This document shows positions 39,403 through 50,652 of a DNA stretch of 64,000 nucleotides, piece by piece. Location: contig JAPLVC010000001.1 of NCBI GenBank assembly GCA_026397315.1, positions 96,001 to 160,000 of the forward strand, written 5' to 3'. This DNA comes from Candidatus Aenigmatarchaeota archaeon. Its GTDB lineage: Archaea; Aenigmatarchaeota; Aenigmatarchaeia; QMZP01; QMZT01. The translations under genes were made by a program, and so were the position numbers. The notes under the pieces were generated by a model. It ran no database searches. It saw nothing but the letters and a program-made list of their open reading frames with translations, and was not told where the DNA came from. Every line of letters starts with the position of its first letter. Within the stretch, counting starts at the first letter, position 1.

Positions 39403-42400
39403 CTATTTTTTGCTTATCAGCACGAAGTAAAGCGCCCCTGCCAAAAGTATGAGTGCTATCGCTGCCGAATCGCCGAGCTCTGAGAAGTTGGGCGGCATGT
39501 CTACTCTGATATCGACAGTGTCCTCGTCGGAAAGCGTTATGTCGTTCTGGGAGATGCCGTTTAACTGAAGTAAAAATCCTTCCATGGCCGGCACCAGCCT
39601 GGCGTAGATAATCTTTTCTTCAGCCGGATTGAGCACCATGCTGATATTGGTCGCGTCGTTCTCCACGAACCTGCCGTAGTTGGGCGCTAGCGCTAGCGTA
39701 ATGTTGTCTGCCTGGTCGTGTATGTTCCTTATCTCCAGCGCTATCAGGTCCGCGGAGCCGAGGATTGTCCTGTATTCATCGACGACGAGGAAGTTGCAGA
39801 TGGAGTGGTAATATACGGAGTAATAGAAGTAACTGTTCGGCGCGCTGGGAGGCAGGTATTCCATCATCGTCGAATTCTGCGCCATGATGTAGTAGTCGAC
39901 TTCGCGGATGCTCTCGGCTTCGGAAACGTTTATTTTTATGGTGACGTTGCACTGCCTCGTGTTGTAGCATCTCGCTTCCGTCCACTGCAAAGGCAGCATG
40001 CCTAGAGTGTGGTTCGCGTAGAAAACCGTGATGTTTATGTTTTCCGTAACTGAAGGCAGGGCGGAGACGCTTATAATAACGTTCCTCCTGTTCGGGACTT
40101 TGCCACCGTTCCTGACGTTGAGTTTGGTCGTGTTCTCTGTCAAAGAGAATGACACGAGCTTCGGTATGTATACGGTTATGTTCGCGTCCCATGCCGGCTT
40201 GGACTCGACGTTGCCAGCGATATCGGTAGCGACCGACTTGAAGAAGAACGTGTAGTTGTTCGGGTCCTGAACCCACCACAGTTCCTTGGTTGTGTCGAAC
40301 GTGTATAGCGTGAGGTTGGTGCACGCGCCTCCGGCGAAGGGTATGGTGTAGTTCTCGCTGGAGCACTGGCCGTTGTTATTGTTGCAATACCTGTATACTA
40401 CGTTGTAGCATTTCACCCCGCTGTGTGCGTCGCTGCCGCTCCAGGAAATGTTGAAGACCTTGTTCATGACGAAGGCGCCGGAACTGGGACTAATCATCTG
40501 GGACGAGGGGCTCACGTAATCTATGCCCACCCTGGTTACAACGACGTTTACGTTGTTGCCCTTGGTGTCGTTGGACCAGACCCTGAAAGTGTAGTTGTTG
40601 GCGTTCGTGTTCGGCGCGACGGACGTGATGACGAATGGCGCGTCATATATGTCGCCGCTCTCCAGGGTCATCTGTGTCCACGTGCCGTTCGTCGTCGAGT
40701 TCTCCCAGCGGTAGCGCACGCTCGCGACGCCCTGGCTGTCCGTGACGGTCGCTGTCACGTCGAAGCTTGTTCTGAACCATTTCGGGGTAGGTTTGGTTAT
40801 GGTTATGGCGGGAGGCTGCCTGTCTATGCGGACGTTGTTGACGGTCGCGCTGCCGACGTTGCCTATCGTGTCGTTGGCGCTCACGTTTATCGTGTAGTAG
40901 CCGTCGGAAACGGCAAGCACGCTGAACGTCGCTATGTAAGCGTTGCCGATATTACGCGTTATGGGTATCCATGGGCCATTAGCTGTCGAATTCTGCCACC
41001 TGTATCTAGCGCCGCTTATGGGCGAATACGTGTCCGTCACCGTGGCGTTGACCGCGAAATCCGCGTTGTAAATGTCGTTCTGTTTTGGAGTGTTTATGAT
41101 TATGGAAGGCCCCGATTTGTCGACGGCAAAGGTGCGGGCAACGCTGTCCTCTTTAAGCGTCCATCCATCATTGGCGAAGAAGTCAGAGTAGAGGCCGCAG
41201 TAGTCCACTGTCCATATGCCCTCAGGGTCGCCGGATTTTATGGTGTAGTTATACGAGGCGTCAGTGCCCCAGTTGTCGAAAATGATTTTGTTGCTATTGG
41301 GCTTTATGACAGAGCATTCGGAAAGGATGGTAAAGCCGGAAGGCGACTTTGTGACGCCCGTGAGGTTTATCCTGAAAGTGTAGCCGACGCCGTACGAGCC
41401 GGCCGGGTAAACATAAGAAGCCCAGTTGCCAGTGACCTTTGTCGAAACGCCGCCGGTTATGCATGATGTGAAGCTGTTGCCGCAGACGGCGTCGTCGTCG
41501 CATTTGTATGAGCCCGTCCTGCCGCAGTTCTGGTTTATCCACACCCGCTCGTTACCGCTGCCTGCGGCCAGGACGCTGCAGTTGAGCATGCACCCTCCGC
41601 TGTAGCAGTTGCCGCTCGTGGCGTTGCATATGCCAGGCGTGAACAGGCAGGGCTGCCCGCAAACCAGTCCCTGGCACGCGTTCGTCTCGAGGTGGAAAGT
41701 GTTGCTCTGTTTCGCCGCCTCCGTGTTGCCGGCGCTGTCATTCGAATAGAAGCATACCTTGAGTTCGCATATCTTGCCGAAGGGACAGGTGACGTTTTTC
41801 TTTACACTACCGGCGTTTACCGTTATATATGTTCCCGCGGTCACGCAGTCCTGGGTGGAGTTTATGATTTTGTATCTCGTCTTGCTGCACCAAGCGCCAC
41901 CGGTGTCCAAGCATTCGAGCGTGAATTCCGTCCAGTTCTGGCCAGGGTAATCGCCGCCGTTCGGGATTATCGCCGTAATCGGCGCTGTCATATCCTTCCA
42001 AATGCCGTTGGAACATATCCCGCCATGCAATGGAATCGGGTACGGGTCGCCGTTGCTGTAGCAGATGCCGTCTGAGACACAATCGTTCGCCTGGTCGCAG
42101 CAGGCGTCGTCGCTCGTGCTGTTGGTGCAGACGAAACCGTCGCAGACTCTCGTTCTTACGTGCTCGCTGGGATCGTCGCCGCAGCAGCATGACGTCTGGA
42201 CTCCGGCTGTCATGGGGTCGCAGTCATCGCCGCCGAGGGTCCATCTGTTCGCGCCGGCGCACGTGTTGCACGTGTGGCTCGTGGCGTCCGGGTCGTATGT
42301 CTTCGAGGCGCATGAATCGAGGCCTGGGCATCCGTCCGCGCTGTCGACGGGGTAATATTCGATGTAATTGCACGAGTTCACAGCAGCGCCGCAGGTGCCT

Positions 42401-43524
42401 AAACAATAGTCGGTCCCGCCGCCCGTGCCCGCGGCAGTCGAAAAAGCGCCGCTCGCGCAGCCAGCTGCAGTTTTAGGGGTGCACGTTCCTATGGCAGTCG
42501 GGTCGTCGCCGGAGTCGGTATCGGTGGCAGCGACTTCGAATCCGGAGCATGTGTATGGTTTGCTGGGGCACGAAGCGCCGCTTGCATAATATTCCGTAAG
42601 TGCTGCTGCCGACGCGCACACGTCGGCATAAGGCGTGCTCTGGCACGCGCTGGGAGAGCTAGGAGAGCAGGTTGTGTAATCGGTGCACGTGCCCGCGGTT
42701 CTCGGCACGTCGCCGGCGTCGGAATCAACAGAAACTTTTGCGGCGCAGTCCTCGGAACCCGCGACCGTGTAGGTGCATGTGCAGGTTGAAGAGGTAGCGC
42801 ACGAATAATCCCTGTTCTCCCTGATATTCACGTTGCAGTAAAGCCACCCGTCAGCCGGGCAACCGCTGTCCGCGGCACAGGCCGCGTTGCATCTCCCCAC
42901 TGAGCAATAGGCAGCGCCGCTGTCGCCGCATTTGCATGTTGGCGGCCCCCCACCGATCAACGCATCGCATGCCCTGTCTTGCCTTCTTCCGGGATTGGTG
43001 ACACAAGTGGATGAGCAACCGCTGGCCGCATCGCATTCCGCACCGCAAGCAACTGAACATATCGTCGTGCAGCCCGTGCCCACCGAGCAGGTGTAGGCTC
43101 CGCAGTCCGATGTGCCTGAGCATGCGCCACCGGTGCACGTCTTACTCATACAACCGTCGCTTGTGCATGTCTTCGTGCAGTCTGTAGCGAAGCCTGTTGT
43201 GCATGAACAACTCGTGCATGCCGTGTTGCATGTTCTGCCTCCCATCAAGGTGCTGCTGCTGCTGCAGTAATCCGGGCAGTCGGTGTTGGTAATGCACTCT
43301 GCATCGCAGTCCATAATTGAACAAGCTTCGCTTACGATGCACGTTGCACAACCCGATCCCAGATGTCTGCACTCATTGACAGCACAATAATTATCACACC
43401 CCGCGCATTCTATGCACGTGTCGCCGCAGTACAGAGCAGCATCCGCATAAGTGGCCGCTGTCAGCGACAAAAATAGGATAAATATCCCAAGAAAGCAAAC
43501 TGCTTTGCAAGATGACGCCTTCAT
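39403..43524 (-). CDS. large Cys-rich / Ig-like surface glycoprotein with C-terminal anchor
   Basis: Signal peptide, dense Cys-rich region, tandem Ig-like repeats (DKSGPSI, DRQPPAI; YRWQNST/YRWENST), many NxS/T sequons, C-terminal TM plus KK. Confidence 0.85.
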   Translation of the reverse strand: MKASSCKAVCFLGIFILFLSLTAATYADAALYCGDTCIECAGCDNYCAVNECRHLGSGCATCIVSEACSIMDCDAECITNTDCPDYCSSSSTLMGGRTCNTACTSCSCTTGFATDCTKTCTSDGCMSKTCTGGACSGTSDCGAYTCSVGTGCTTICSVACGAECDAASGCSSTCVTNPGRRQDRACDALIGGGPPTCKCGDSGAAYCSVGRCNAACAADSGCPADGWLYCNVNIRENRDYSCATSSTCTCTYTVAGSEDCAAKVSVDSDAGDVPRTAGTCTDYTTCSPSSPSACQSTPYADVCASAAALTEYYASGASCPSKPYTCSGFEVAATDTDSGDDPTAIGTCTPKTAAGCASGAFSTAAGTGGGTDYCLGTCGAAVNSCNYIEYYPVDSADGCPGLDSCASKTYDPDATSHTCNTCAGANRWTLGGDDCDPMTAGVQTSCCCGDDPSEHVRTRVCDGFVCTNSTSDDACCDQANDCVSDGICYSNGDPYPIPLHGGICSNGIWKDMTAPITAIIPNGGDYPGQNWTEFTLECLDTGGAWCSKTRYKIINSTQDCVTAGTYITVNAGSVKKNVTCPFGKICELKVCFYSNDSAGNTEAAKQSNTFHLETNACQGLVCGQPCLFTPGICNATSGNCYSGGCMLNCSVLAAGSGNERVWINQNCGRTGSYKCDDDAVCGNSFTSCITGGVSTKVTGNWASYVYPAGSYGVGYTFRINLTGVTKSPSGFTILSECSVIKPNSNKIIFDNWGTDASYNYTIKSGDPEGIWTVDYCGLYSDFFANDGWTLKEDSVARTFAVDKSGPSIIINTPKQNDIYNADFAVNATVTDTYSPISGARYRWQNSTANGPWIPITRNIGNAYIATFSVLAVSDGYYTINVSANDTIGNVGSATVNNVRIDRQPPAITITKPTPKWFRTSFDVTATVTDSQGVASVRYRWENSTTNGTWTQMTLESGDIYDAPFVITSVAPNTNANNYTFRVWSNDTKGNNVNVVVTRVGIDYVSPSSQMISPSSGAFVMNKVFNISWSGSDAHSGVKCYNVVYRYCNNNNGQCSSENYTIPFAGGACTNLTLYTFDTTKELWWVQDPNNYTFFFKSVATDIAGNVESKPAWDANITVYIPKLVSFSLTENTTKLNVRNGGKVPNRRNVIISVSALPSVTENINITVFYANHTLGMLPLQWTEARCYNTRQCNVTIKINVSEAESIREVDYYIMAQNSTMMEYLPPSAPNSYFYYSVYYHSICNFLVVDEYRTILGSADLIALEIRNIHDQADNITLALAPNYGRFVENDATNISMVLNPAEEKIIYARLVPAMEGFLLQLNGISQNDITLSDEDTVDIRVDMPPNFSELGDSAAIALILLAGALYFVLISKK

Positions 43525-43562
43525 ATTCTAAGTTTGGATTTTGTTTATTATATACTTTGTTT

Positions 43563-44168
43563 CTAAAGCTTGGTTCTCGTTTTTCTTTTACCCCACTCGA
43601 CTATCAGCGCGTGGAACTCCTTGTATAAAGCGACGTCTTTGGGCAGGCGGCTCTCGAAATGCGCGCGCAGCGCTTCGTAATTCGCTGGTTCCATGCCGAG
43701 CGAGCGCACGAAGCGTTTCGTGTATGAATCGATTACGAAATACGGCCTGCCGCATGCGTAGAGCAGGATTGAGTCGCACGTCTCCGGGCCGACTCCTTTG
43801 ACTTTCAGCAGTTCGTGTCTTTCAATTCTTTTGAAATCATTGAAGCTGCCGTATGAAAGGATGAATTGCGCGAGTGTTTTCAGACGAATGGCCTTCTGCC
43901 TGTAAAATCCGCTGGGCCGGACGAGCTGCTCCAGACGGCGACTGCTGATTTTCAGCGTGGCTTCAGGCGTCACGACGTTGCTTTTTATCAGGTTGTCGAG
44001 CGCCTTCTCGACGTTGCGCCAGTTAGTATTTTGTGTGAGTATCGCGCCGACACAGACTTCCCATTCCTTCGGGGCGAATCCTCGTCGCATCGGCCACCAG
44101 GCCTGCGGGCCGTACTCTTTGAGCAGCTTTTCGTATTCTTTGTGCAAACTGGCCGTTCTGCGTGCCAT
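43563..44168 (-). CDS. HhH-GPD endonuclease III-like protein without Fe-S motif
   Basis: GPQAWWP, GAILTQNTNWRNV, VKGVGPETCDSILLYA, EFHALIVE. Confidence 0.9.
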   Translation of the reverse strand: MARRTASLHKEYEKLLKEYGPQAWWPMRRGFAPKEWEVCVGAILTQNTNWRNVEKALDNLIKSNVVTPEATLKISSRRLEQLVRPSGFYRQKAIRLKTLAQFILSYGSFNDFKRIERHELLKVKGVGPETCDSILLYACGRPYFVIDSYTKRFVRSLGMEPANYEALRAHFESRLPKDVALYKEFHALIVEWGKRKTRTKL

Positions 44169-44214
44169 GGGAATATTTTAAAGCAGGAAAATAAAACTTC
44201 ATGCGGTGAAGGGA

Positions 44215-44958
44215 ATGAAAGTTGACGGCATCGGATTCGACTATGGGAACACGCTGGTCAGCGACCCCTTCGAAAGGGTCATGAAGCTAAAGGCGCTGGA
44301 TTTCGTGCGCGTGCTGGAGGCGAACGGCTACGAAGTCGTTGGCAGGAAGTTCGTCAAGGCCTGGGCGGAAATAAACAAGAATGTGAACTACCCGTACTGC
44401 TCTCATTTTTCGCAGGAAATCCCGCTAATAAAGGCGCTGCTCGAATTGCTCGGCGTGAAGAAAAACGACCGCAACAAGCTCAGCCAGCCGCTGCTGGCAA
44501 CGTACAGGAGCGGCCTGAAATACGTAATGAGAAACGACAAAGGCATAACGCATGTCGGAGACGTGCTTGCCGAGCTGAAGCGACGGGGGAAAAAGCTGAT
44601 GATACTGTCGAACGAGAGGATGGACACCATCGACATTCAACTGCGCTGGACCGGCCTGTGGCGCTATTTCGACAGGATAATCGTCTCCGAGCGGCTGAAA
44701 GCGGAGAAGCCGGACCCGCGACTGTTCACCTACATGATGAAGGCGTTCGGCATGCCGAAAGAGCGCATCCTGTATGTAGGCGACGACCCGGAGAGGGACA
44801 TAAAACCAGCGAAACTGCTGGGCATGAAGGCCGTCATGCTGGAGCAGCCGCAGGAATTGGGCAACACTTGGAGGAACTACACAACCACGCTCGCTGATAA
44901 CGAGAAGCCGGACCATGTGATAAAGGATTTGGCAGAGCTGCTGCAAATAGTCAAGTAA
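44215..44958 (+). CDS. HAD-superfamily hydrolase
   Basis: FDYGNTL, ILSN, EKPDP, VGDDPERDI. Confidence 0.88.
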   Translation: MKVDGIGFDYGNTLVSDPFERVMKLKALDFVRVLEANGYEVVGRKFVKAWAEINKNVNYPYCSHFSQEIPLIKALLELLGVKKNDRNKLSQPLLATYRSGLKYVMRNDKGITHVGDVLAELKRRGKKLMILSNERMDTIDIQLRWTGLWRYFDRIIVSERLKAEKPDPRLFTYMMKAFGMPKERILYVGDDPERDIKPAKLLGMKAVMLEQPQELGNTWRNYTTTLADNEKPDHVIKDLAELLQIVK

Positions 44959-44980
44959 GCGTTGCTAGCGCCCGCTAGCG

Positions 44981-46378
44981 CTACTTGTATTTTATTCTGG
45001 AATATATGACGAAGAACAACACGAAGAACGGCAGGATTTCGAGACGGCCGAGCAACATGCCCGCCATCAGTATTATTTTGCCAACCGGGTTCATGGCGGC
45101 GATGTTTATCGTGCTCAGGCCGACCGTGCCTTCAGCCGAAGCAGAGACGAAGAACGCGTCCGTCGTCGCGTAGCCCATGAAACTTAACGCCAGCGACGAG
45201 ACTATGAGCAGGAATATGTACGTGAACGAGAACAGGGATATTACCGTCAGCTCCTGGTCGTCTATTGTCCTGCCGTTGAATTTGAACGGGACGACCGCCG
45301 AGCTGGGATAGAATATTTTCTTGCTTATCCACGTCATGGCTTTGCCTAAGACGCCGACCCTGACCAGTTTCAGTCCGCCCGCCAGCGAACCGGCGAAGCC
45401 GCCGATTACCATGGCCATGACCAGCAGGACCTTGGCGATGTCCGTATATCCTGTAAGACCTGTGGTGAAACTTGTCGATGTCAGCGACGCCAGCGTGTGG
45501 AACACGCCGCTCCTCAGTGGCTCGCCGACTGTCGCGAGCAGCGAAAACGAGACGAGCGATGCGAATACGACAGCGAACAGCCAGAACAGCTGCGTCTCAC
45601 TGCTCCTGATGTATGACGAAAAGTCTTTTTTGAAGAGCTTCTTGTGCATGAATATCGAGGTCGCGCCGAGTATCGAAAGCACGATTGCGACCAGTTCTAT
45701 CGACGGGCTGGCGTAATAGCCGAGCGACTGGTTCCTCACCGAGAAGCCGCCATTCGAAATCGCAGTCATGGCGTGGTTTACCGAGTCGAATACGGGCATG
45801 CCTACCAGCACGAACAGGAGGATGCCAAGACACGTGTAAATGCCGTAAATCATGAACACTTTTTTCACGCCGAGCAGGACGTTCGTCTCGATTCTGTGCA
45901 TCTTCGCCTCGGCCTTGTACATATAGTATGCGGACATGCCCGGGGACGAGAGCAAGAGAATTATCGCCAGTAACATGCCAGCTCCGCCCAGCCATTGCGT
46001 AAGCGAACGCCAGAACAGTATGGAATGCGGCAGGCTTTCCGGGCTGGCTGTGGTGAATCCCGTCGCAGTGAACCCGGAGACGGATTCGAAGACCGCGTCC
46101 AGCGGCTGCATGTGGTCCAGATAGGCGATAGATCCGAGCAGTGAGACGACGATGAAGGCCAGCCCCGCGAGAATCATGGCAGAGCCGAGCGTGAGGTTCT
46201 CCCGCCTGAACTTTTTGATGAGGATGACGCCGCACAAGAAAGACACGAAAGCCCCGAGGAAGAACGGGATGAACACGTTCTCGTCGTAAACGAGGCTTAC
46301 TATCGCTGGTAGCAGCATCGCGACCGCCAGAAATATGAGGATGAAGCCGAGATATGAAAAAACGGATTTCCAGTTCAT
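44981..46378 (-). CDS. trkH: TrkH potassium uptake protein
   Basis: FESVSGFTATG, WRSLTQWLGG, GGLK, GRLEI. Confidence 0.93.
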   Translation of the reverse strand: MNWKSVFSYLGFILIFLAVAMLLPAIVSLVYDENVFIPFFLGAFVSFLCGVILIKKFRRENLTLGSAMILAGLAFIVVSLLGSIAYLDHMQPLDAVFESVSGFTATGFTTASPESLPHSILFWRSLTQWLGGAGMLLAIILLLSSPGMSAYYMYKAEAKMHRIETNVLLGVKKVFMIYGIYTCLGILLFVLVGMPVFDSVNHAMTAISNGGFSVRNQSLGYYASPSIELVAIVLSILGATSIFMHKKLFKKDFSSYIRSSETQLFWLFAVVFASLVSFSLLATVGEPLRSGVFHTLASLTSTSFTTGLTGYTDIAKVLLVMAMVIGGFAGSLAGGLKLVRVGVLGKAMTWISKKIFYPSSAVVPFKFNGRTIDDQELTVISLFSFTYIFLLIVSSLALSFMGYATTDAFFVSASAEGTVGLSTINIAAMNPVGKIILMAGMLLGRLEILPFFVLFFVIYSRIKYK

Positions 46379-46453
46379 AATTTATAATGTAAATAAGAGT
46401 AATAATAAATTGAGCTTTGCGGTTTTTTCGCGTTGGACTGACAGGTTGGCTAT

Positions 46454-47992
46454 ATGGGAAAGAAAAAAGGCTTCATGCACATCATCGAAGTTCTGCTCGT
46501 GGTCATACTCGTTTTCTTCGCTTTCAGCCAGTTCTCCTCGATACCCGATACGGGCGGCGAGTGGCCGAAAACCAAGCTTTCGCTTCTGGCCAGCGACTCG
46601 CTGAAGATGCTGGACGCGAAAGGAGTGGACTGGTTCAACCAGACCCAGCTGAGAAGCGCGCTGAACGGCACGATTCCCGAGAACATGATTTATTCCATAA
46701 GGCTGCAGAACGTGATAAAGCCGGTGATAAAGATTGGCTGCCTCTGCAGCGACAACGAGTTCAATCGAACTAGATTCATGCTGTCGCCGGGATGGACGGT
46801 CATAAACGGCGTCAACACGTCTTTCGAACTGGTACAGGTAAAGAGCCTCGACGAAGCGTTCTCGCTGGAATACGACGTAACGCTGGTGAACGGCTACACG
46901 AACCTCGGGCCTGCATATTCCGCGCTGAGGAATTTCGTCTCCTACGACAAGGGTGTGATCGAGATATTCGACAGGATAGGCCAGGACGACTCGCCCGCTA
47001 ATGTCCAGGCCAACGTTTTCGGCATCGTGACCGGGTCAAAGGCTTCCGACGGCACCGGCATGATTTTTTCGGTTTCGAGTTCGCAGAGCGGCAGGGACAC
47101 CAACAAGATTTATGAGAACTACGTGCACGCCCCGGTCTTCTACGACGTTTTCGACAGGCTCGACCAGTGGGCGGGAACCGCGGATTTGAACACGGGCGTG
47201 GGCAAACCAGCGCCTTCACTGAGGCTGAGCGCCAGCGACTGCGGCAGCGGGCAACTTGCCTTCACGCGCTTCTACGACAGCTTCAGTAACGGGGAAATCG
47301 ACTTCGACCTTCGCCTCAACAGCGGTTCGGCCCTGACCATCGCTTTCGGGAAGAGTGGCGTTAGCGAATACTTGGCCACGATATCCGGCAACTCGTCGCT
47401 GGGGTATGATGCTTTCTACCAGAGGGAGCCCATGCACTCCATAGGGACCAACACTTCGCATCTCACGCCCATAAATGCGTGGAGCCACGTGAAAATAATA
47501 TCCAGCATGGGCGAGCTCACGCTTTACAACAACGGCGTCAGAGTCGCGAGCGCTCAGTCAGCCGGCCTGACCGGCTCCAACATAACGCTCTACAACAAGT
47601 GCGCGAACGCCATGATCGACAACATGAGGATCACGCTGGTCGAGAAAAGCGAGCTGGCCAACTTCCTCGACAACGAGAACATAACCCAGGTGACCGGCAA
47701 CCAGAACAAGATACTGCTCGTGCAGAAGGGTTCCGGCCTGCCTGGAGCCGTCATAAACTACAACATCGAGGATATAGGCAAGGGCAGGACTGCATGGATT
47801 TCCAACATGACGACCATAAACGGGGACTACAGCAACCTGGTAAAAGCGATAGTCATGTGGGCCGCGGGCAGCGAATACACGCCCGTGAAAGCGAACCTCA
47901 ACCAGCCCGTCACAGCCTTCATGTACAAGTCGCTAGGCAACGACATGCAGCAGAACGCGAAAATAATTCTAGAGATAGACTATATTTACTGA
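46454..47992 (+). CDS. class III signal peptide (pilin-like) protein with beta-sandwich domain
   Basis: KKKG|FMHIIE prepilin-type cleavage motif plus TM helix; LamG-like WSHVKI..TLYNNG. Confidence 0.7.
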   Translation: MGKKKGFMHIIEVLLVVILVFFAFSQFSSIPDTGGEWPKTKLSLLASDSLKMLDAKGVDWFNQTQLRSALNGTIPENMIYSIRLQNVIKPVIKIGCLCSDNEFNRTRFMLSPGWTVINGVNTSFELVQVKSLDEAFSLEYDVTLVNGYTNLGPAYSALRNFVSYDKGVIEIFDRIGQDDSPANVQANVFGIVTGSKASDGTGMIFSVSSSQSGRDTNKIYENYVHAPVFYDVFDRLDQWAGTADLNTGVGKPAPSLRLSASDCGSGQLAFTRFYDSFSNGEIDFDLRLNSGSALTIAFGKSGVSEYLATISGNSSLGYDAFYQREPMHSIGTNTSHLTPINAWSHVKIISSMGELTLYNNGVRVASAQSAGLTGSNITLYNKCANAMIDNMRITLVEKSELANFLDNENITQVTGNQNKILLVQKGSGLPGAVINYNIEDIGKGRTAWISNMTTINGDYSNLVKAIVMWAAGSEYTPVKANLNQPVTAFMYKSLGNDMQQNAKIILEIDYIY

Positions 47993-48040
47993 AAGCCACA
48001 AACCGCGCAACATTTTTAAATAATGCCGCCAATATTTGTT

Positions 48041-48352
48041 ATGGCTTTCCACAACAAAGAGGGCGAGTATTCTGAGGTAGTAAGGGTGCGCATGCCCCGC
48101 GGCACCGAGCTCATCGGAGTCGTCGAGGAGATGCTGGGCGCGGGGCGTTTCAGGATAAAATGCAACGACAAGTTCACGCGCATGTGCAGGGTGTCCGGCA
48201 AATTCAAGCGCAAGCAGTGGATAAGGCCTGGTGACGTCGTCTTAGTCAGGCCATGGGTTGTCGAGATCAACGAAAAGGGCGACGTGGTCTGGAAATACAG
48301 GCGCGCGGAAGTCGACTGGCTCAGGAAAAGAGGCATGATGCAGAACGTCTGA
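48041..48352 (+). CDS. eif1a: translation initiation factor aIF-1A
   Basis: GVVEEMLG..CND..RMCRVSGK, WIRPGDVVLVRPW, KGDVVWKY. Confidence 0.95.
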   Translation: MAFHNKEGEYSEVVRVRMPRGTELIGVVEEMLGAGRFRIKCNDKFTRMCRVSGKFKRKQWIRPGDVVLVRPWVVEINEKGDVVWKYRRAEVDWLRKRGMMQNV

Positions 48353-48409
48353 GCCGCGTTTTCTAACGAAACTCAAATATTTAAGTTTGCGTAAGAACTA
48401 AATCTCTTT

Positions 48410-48910
48410 ATGATTGATGAGGTAAAAATCCCGGATCTAAGGAAAGGGGTGCTCATAGGGCCGGAAGGCTCTGTCAAGAAGGGCATAGAGAAGCGCACGC
48501 GCACGATCATAACAGTGAACGACTGCGTCGAGATAAACGGCGAGGCGCTTGACGTGATGAAGGCCAAAGAAATCGTCAAAGCGATCGGCCGCGGCTTCGC
48601 GCCGGACAAGGCGCTTAAGCTCATGAGCGATGACTATCGACTGGTCATCATAAGCCTCGGGCACGAGACTGAACGTCTCATGAAGAGGACTTTATCCAGA
48701 GTGATAGGCAGCGACGGCAAAGCGAAGAAGACAATCGAACTCCTGACCACAACGGATATATGCGTGTACGGCAAAACAATTTCTATCATAGGAAAATGGG
48801 ACAATGTTGACCGGGCTAACGAGGCGTTAGAGCTGCTTATAGAGGGCAAGCCCCATGCTTACGTCTACAAGCGGCTTGAGAGCCAGAAAGAAGGGGAAGA
48901 AAAGGAATGA
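48410..48910 (+). CDS. KH-domain pre-rRNA processing protein Dim2/Pno1
   Basis: [35 protein letters not shown]. Confidence 0.92.
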   Translation: MIDEVKIPDLRKGVLIGPEGSVKKGIEKRTRTIITVNDCVEINGEALDVMKAKEIVKAIGRGFAPDKALKLMSDDYRLVIISLGHETERLMKRTLSRVIGSDGKAKKTIELLTTTDICVYGKTISIIGKWDNVDRANEALELLIEGKPHAYVYKRLESQKEGEEKE

Positions 48911-50652
48911 GGAAAGGCGCGGAGGAAATGGCCAGGGACCAGAGGGAAATCTCGGTCTCGGAATTCTTCGAGAAGAACCGCCATCTGCTGGGGTATGACA
49001 ACAAGGCGAAAGCGCTTCTCATGATTGTTAAAGAAGGCGTAGACAATTCGCTTGACGCCGCCGAAGAGGCTGGCATACTGCCCGACATTTACGTCGGGGT
49101 GAAGCAGCTGGCCGATGAGAAATACGAGATAATCATAAAGGACAACGGTCCGGGCATCGTGGAAAAGCAGATAGGCAGGATTTTCGGCAAGCTGCTCTAC
49201 GGCTCGAAGTTTCACAAATTAAAACAGAATCGCGGTCAGCAGGGCATCGGCATATCCGCCGCGACGCTGTACACGCAGCTCACCACGGGCGAGCCGCTGG
49301 AGATACGCACGTCCACCGGCGACGGCAGGATTTTCAAGTACAAGATAAAAGTCGACGTGCGCAAGAACGAGCCTATCATACTTGAAAGCGAGACGGAGGC
49401 GGGGGACGGATGGCGAGGCGTGCAGCTGAAATTCGTGACAGAAGGGATATACAGGGAGCACAAGCAATCGATCGCGGAATACGTTAAGCAGACTGCGATA
49501 GCGAATCCTCATGCGCATATAGTCTTCGAATCGCCTACAGGCAGAGCGGAATACAAGAGGGCTATAGAGCACATGCCTCCCGAAGCGAAGGAGATAATGC
49601 CCCACCTGCACGGCGTCGAGCTGGGCGTCTTCACCCGCATGCTGAGGGACACGCAAGCGCGCACGTTCGTCAGCTTCCTGACCAGCGAATTCACGAAAGT
49701 CGGAAGAGTCACGGCAAAAGATATATGCCAGAAAGCCGGCATCGAAGAGGGCAGGAAGCCGAAGAAAGTGACAGACGATGAAGCTAGACGAATAATAGAG
49801 GTCATAAAAACTGTCAAGCTGCTCAAGCCACCGACGGACTGCCTGTCGCCGCTCGGCGAAAGCGTCATAAAGGAGAGCCTGAAAAAAGAGCTCGCCCCGG
49901 AATGGGTCGACGCGGTGACGCGCCCACCCGAAGTCTACCGCGGCTGGCCTTTCCAGATCGAAGTGGGCATCGCCTACGCCGGCTCGATAGCGGAGCCGAA
50001 AGTCATGCGCTTCGCGAACCGCGTGCCACTGCTATACCAGCAGGGCGACTGCGCCATTACGAAGTCCATCGCGGATATTGAATGGAGGCGCTATGGACTA
50101 GCGAACTTCATGAAAAACAACACCGACAACCCCGAGCCGGTCGCGATATTCGTGCACCTTTTCTCGGTCTGGGTGCCGTTCACTTCCGAGTCGAAAGAAG
50201 CCATCGCGTCCTACCCGATCATAATCAAGGAGATAAAGCTCGCGCTGCAGGAATGCGCGCGCAAGCTCGGTCTTTACCTATCGGGCAAAAGGAGGAGCGA
50301 GTATCACCTGCAAAGGATACAGACTTTCGAGCGCTACGCAGACGAAACGGCGAACGCTCTTTCCGAGCTCACGGACGTCAGCAAGGAAAAAATAAAGAAT
50401 GATATTTTCGAGCTCATAAATTCGAAAAAACATAAATTAACGGAGGCAGAAGATGGAGAAAACCAGGGAAAAGGAGTCGAAGGAAACGTCGGAAGCGATA
50501 GAAGCGAGGAAACTGCACGATCTGGGAAAGGACGTGTTAAATCAGATAGAGAAAAAGGAAAGCCCAAAAATAGAGTTTCCGGTCAGGTCACTCTCGAACA
50601 TTTACTTCGACGAGAAGAACGGCCTGATCCAGCTGGGGGACAAGAAGAGTGA
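48907..50652 (+). CDS. top6B: DNA topoisomerase VI subunit B
   Basis: [39 protein letters not shown]. Confidence 0.97.
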   Translation: MRKGAEEMARDQREISVSEFFEKNRHLLGYDNKAKALLMIVKEGVDNSLDAAEEAGILPDIYVGVKQLADEKYEIIIKDNGPGIVEKQIGRIFGKLLYGSKFHKLKQNRGQQGIGISAATLYTQLTTGEPLEIRTSTGDGRIFKYKIKVDVRKNEPIILESETEAGDGWRGVQLKFVTEGIYREHKQSIAEYVKQTAIANPHAHIVFESPTGRAEYKRAIEHMPPEAKEIMPHLHGVELGVFTRMLRDTQARTFVSFLTSEFTKVGRVTAKDICQKAGIEEGRKPKKVTDDEARRIIEVIKTVKLLKPPTDCLSPLGESVIKESLKKELAPEWVDAVTRPPEVYRGWPFQIEVGIAYAGSIAEPKVMRFANRVPLLYQQGDCAITKSIADIEWRRYGLANFMKNNTDNPEPVAIFVHLFSVWVPFTSESKEAIASYPIIIKEIKLALQECARKLGLYLSGKRRSEYHLQRIQTFERYADETANALSELTDVSKEKIKNDIFELINSKKHKLTEAEDGENQGKGVEGNVGSDRSEETARSGKGRVKSDREKGKPKNRVSGQVTLEHLLRREERPDPAGGQEE

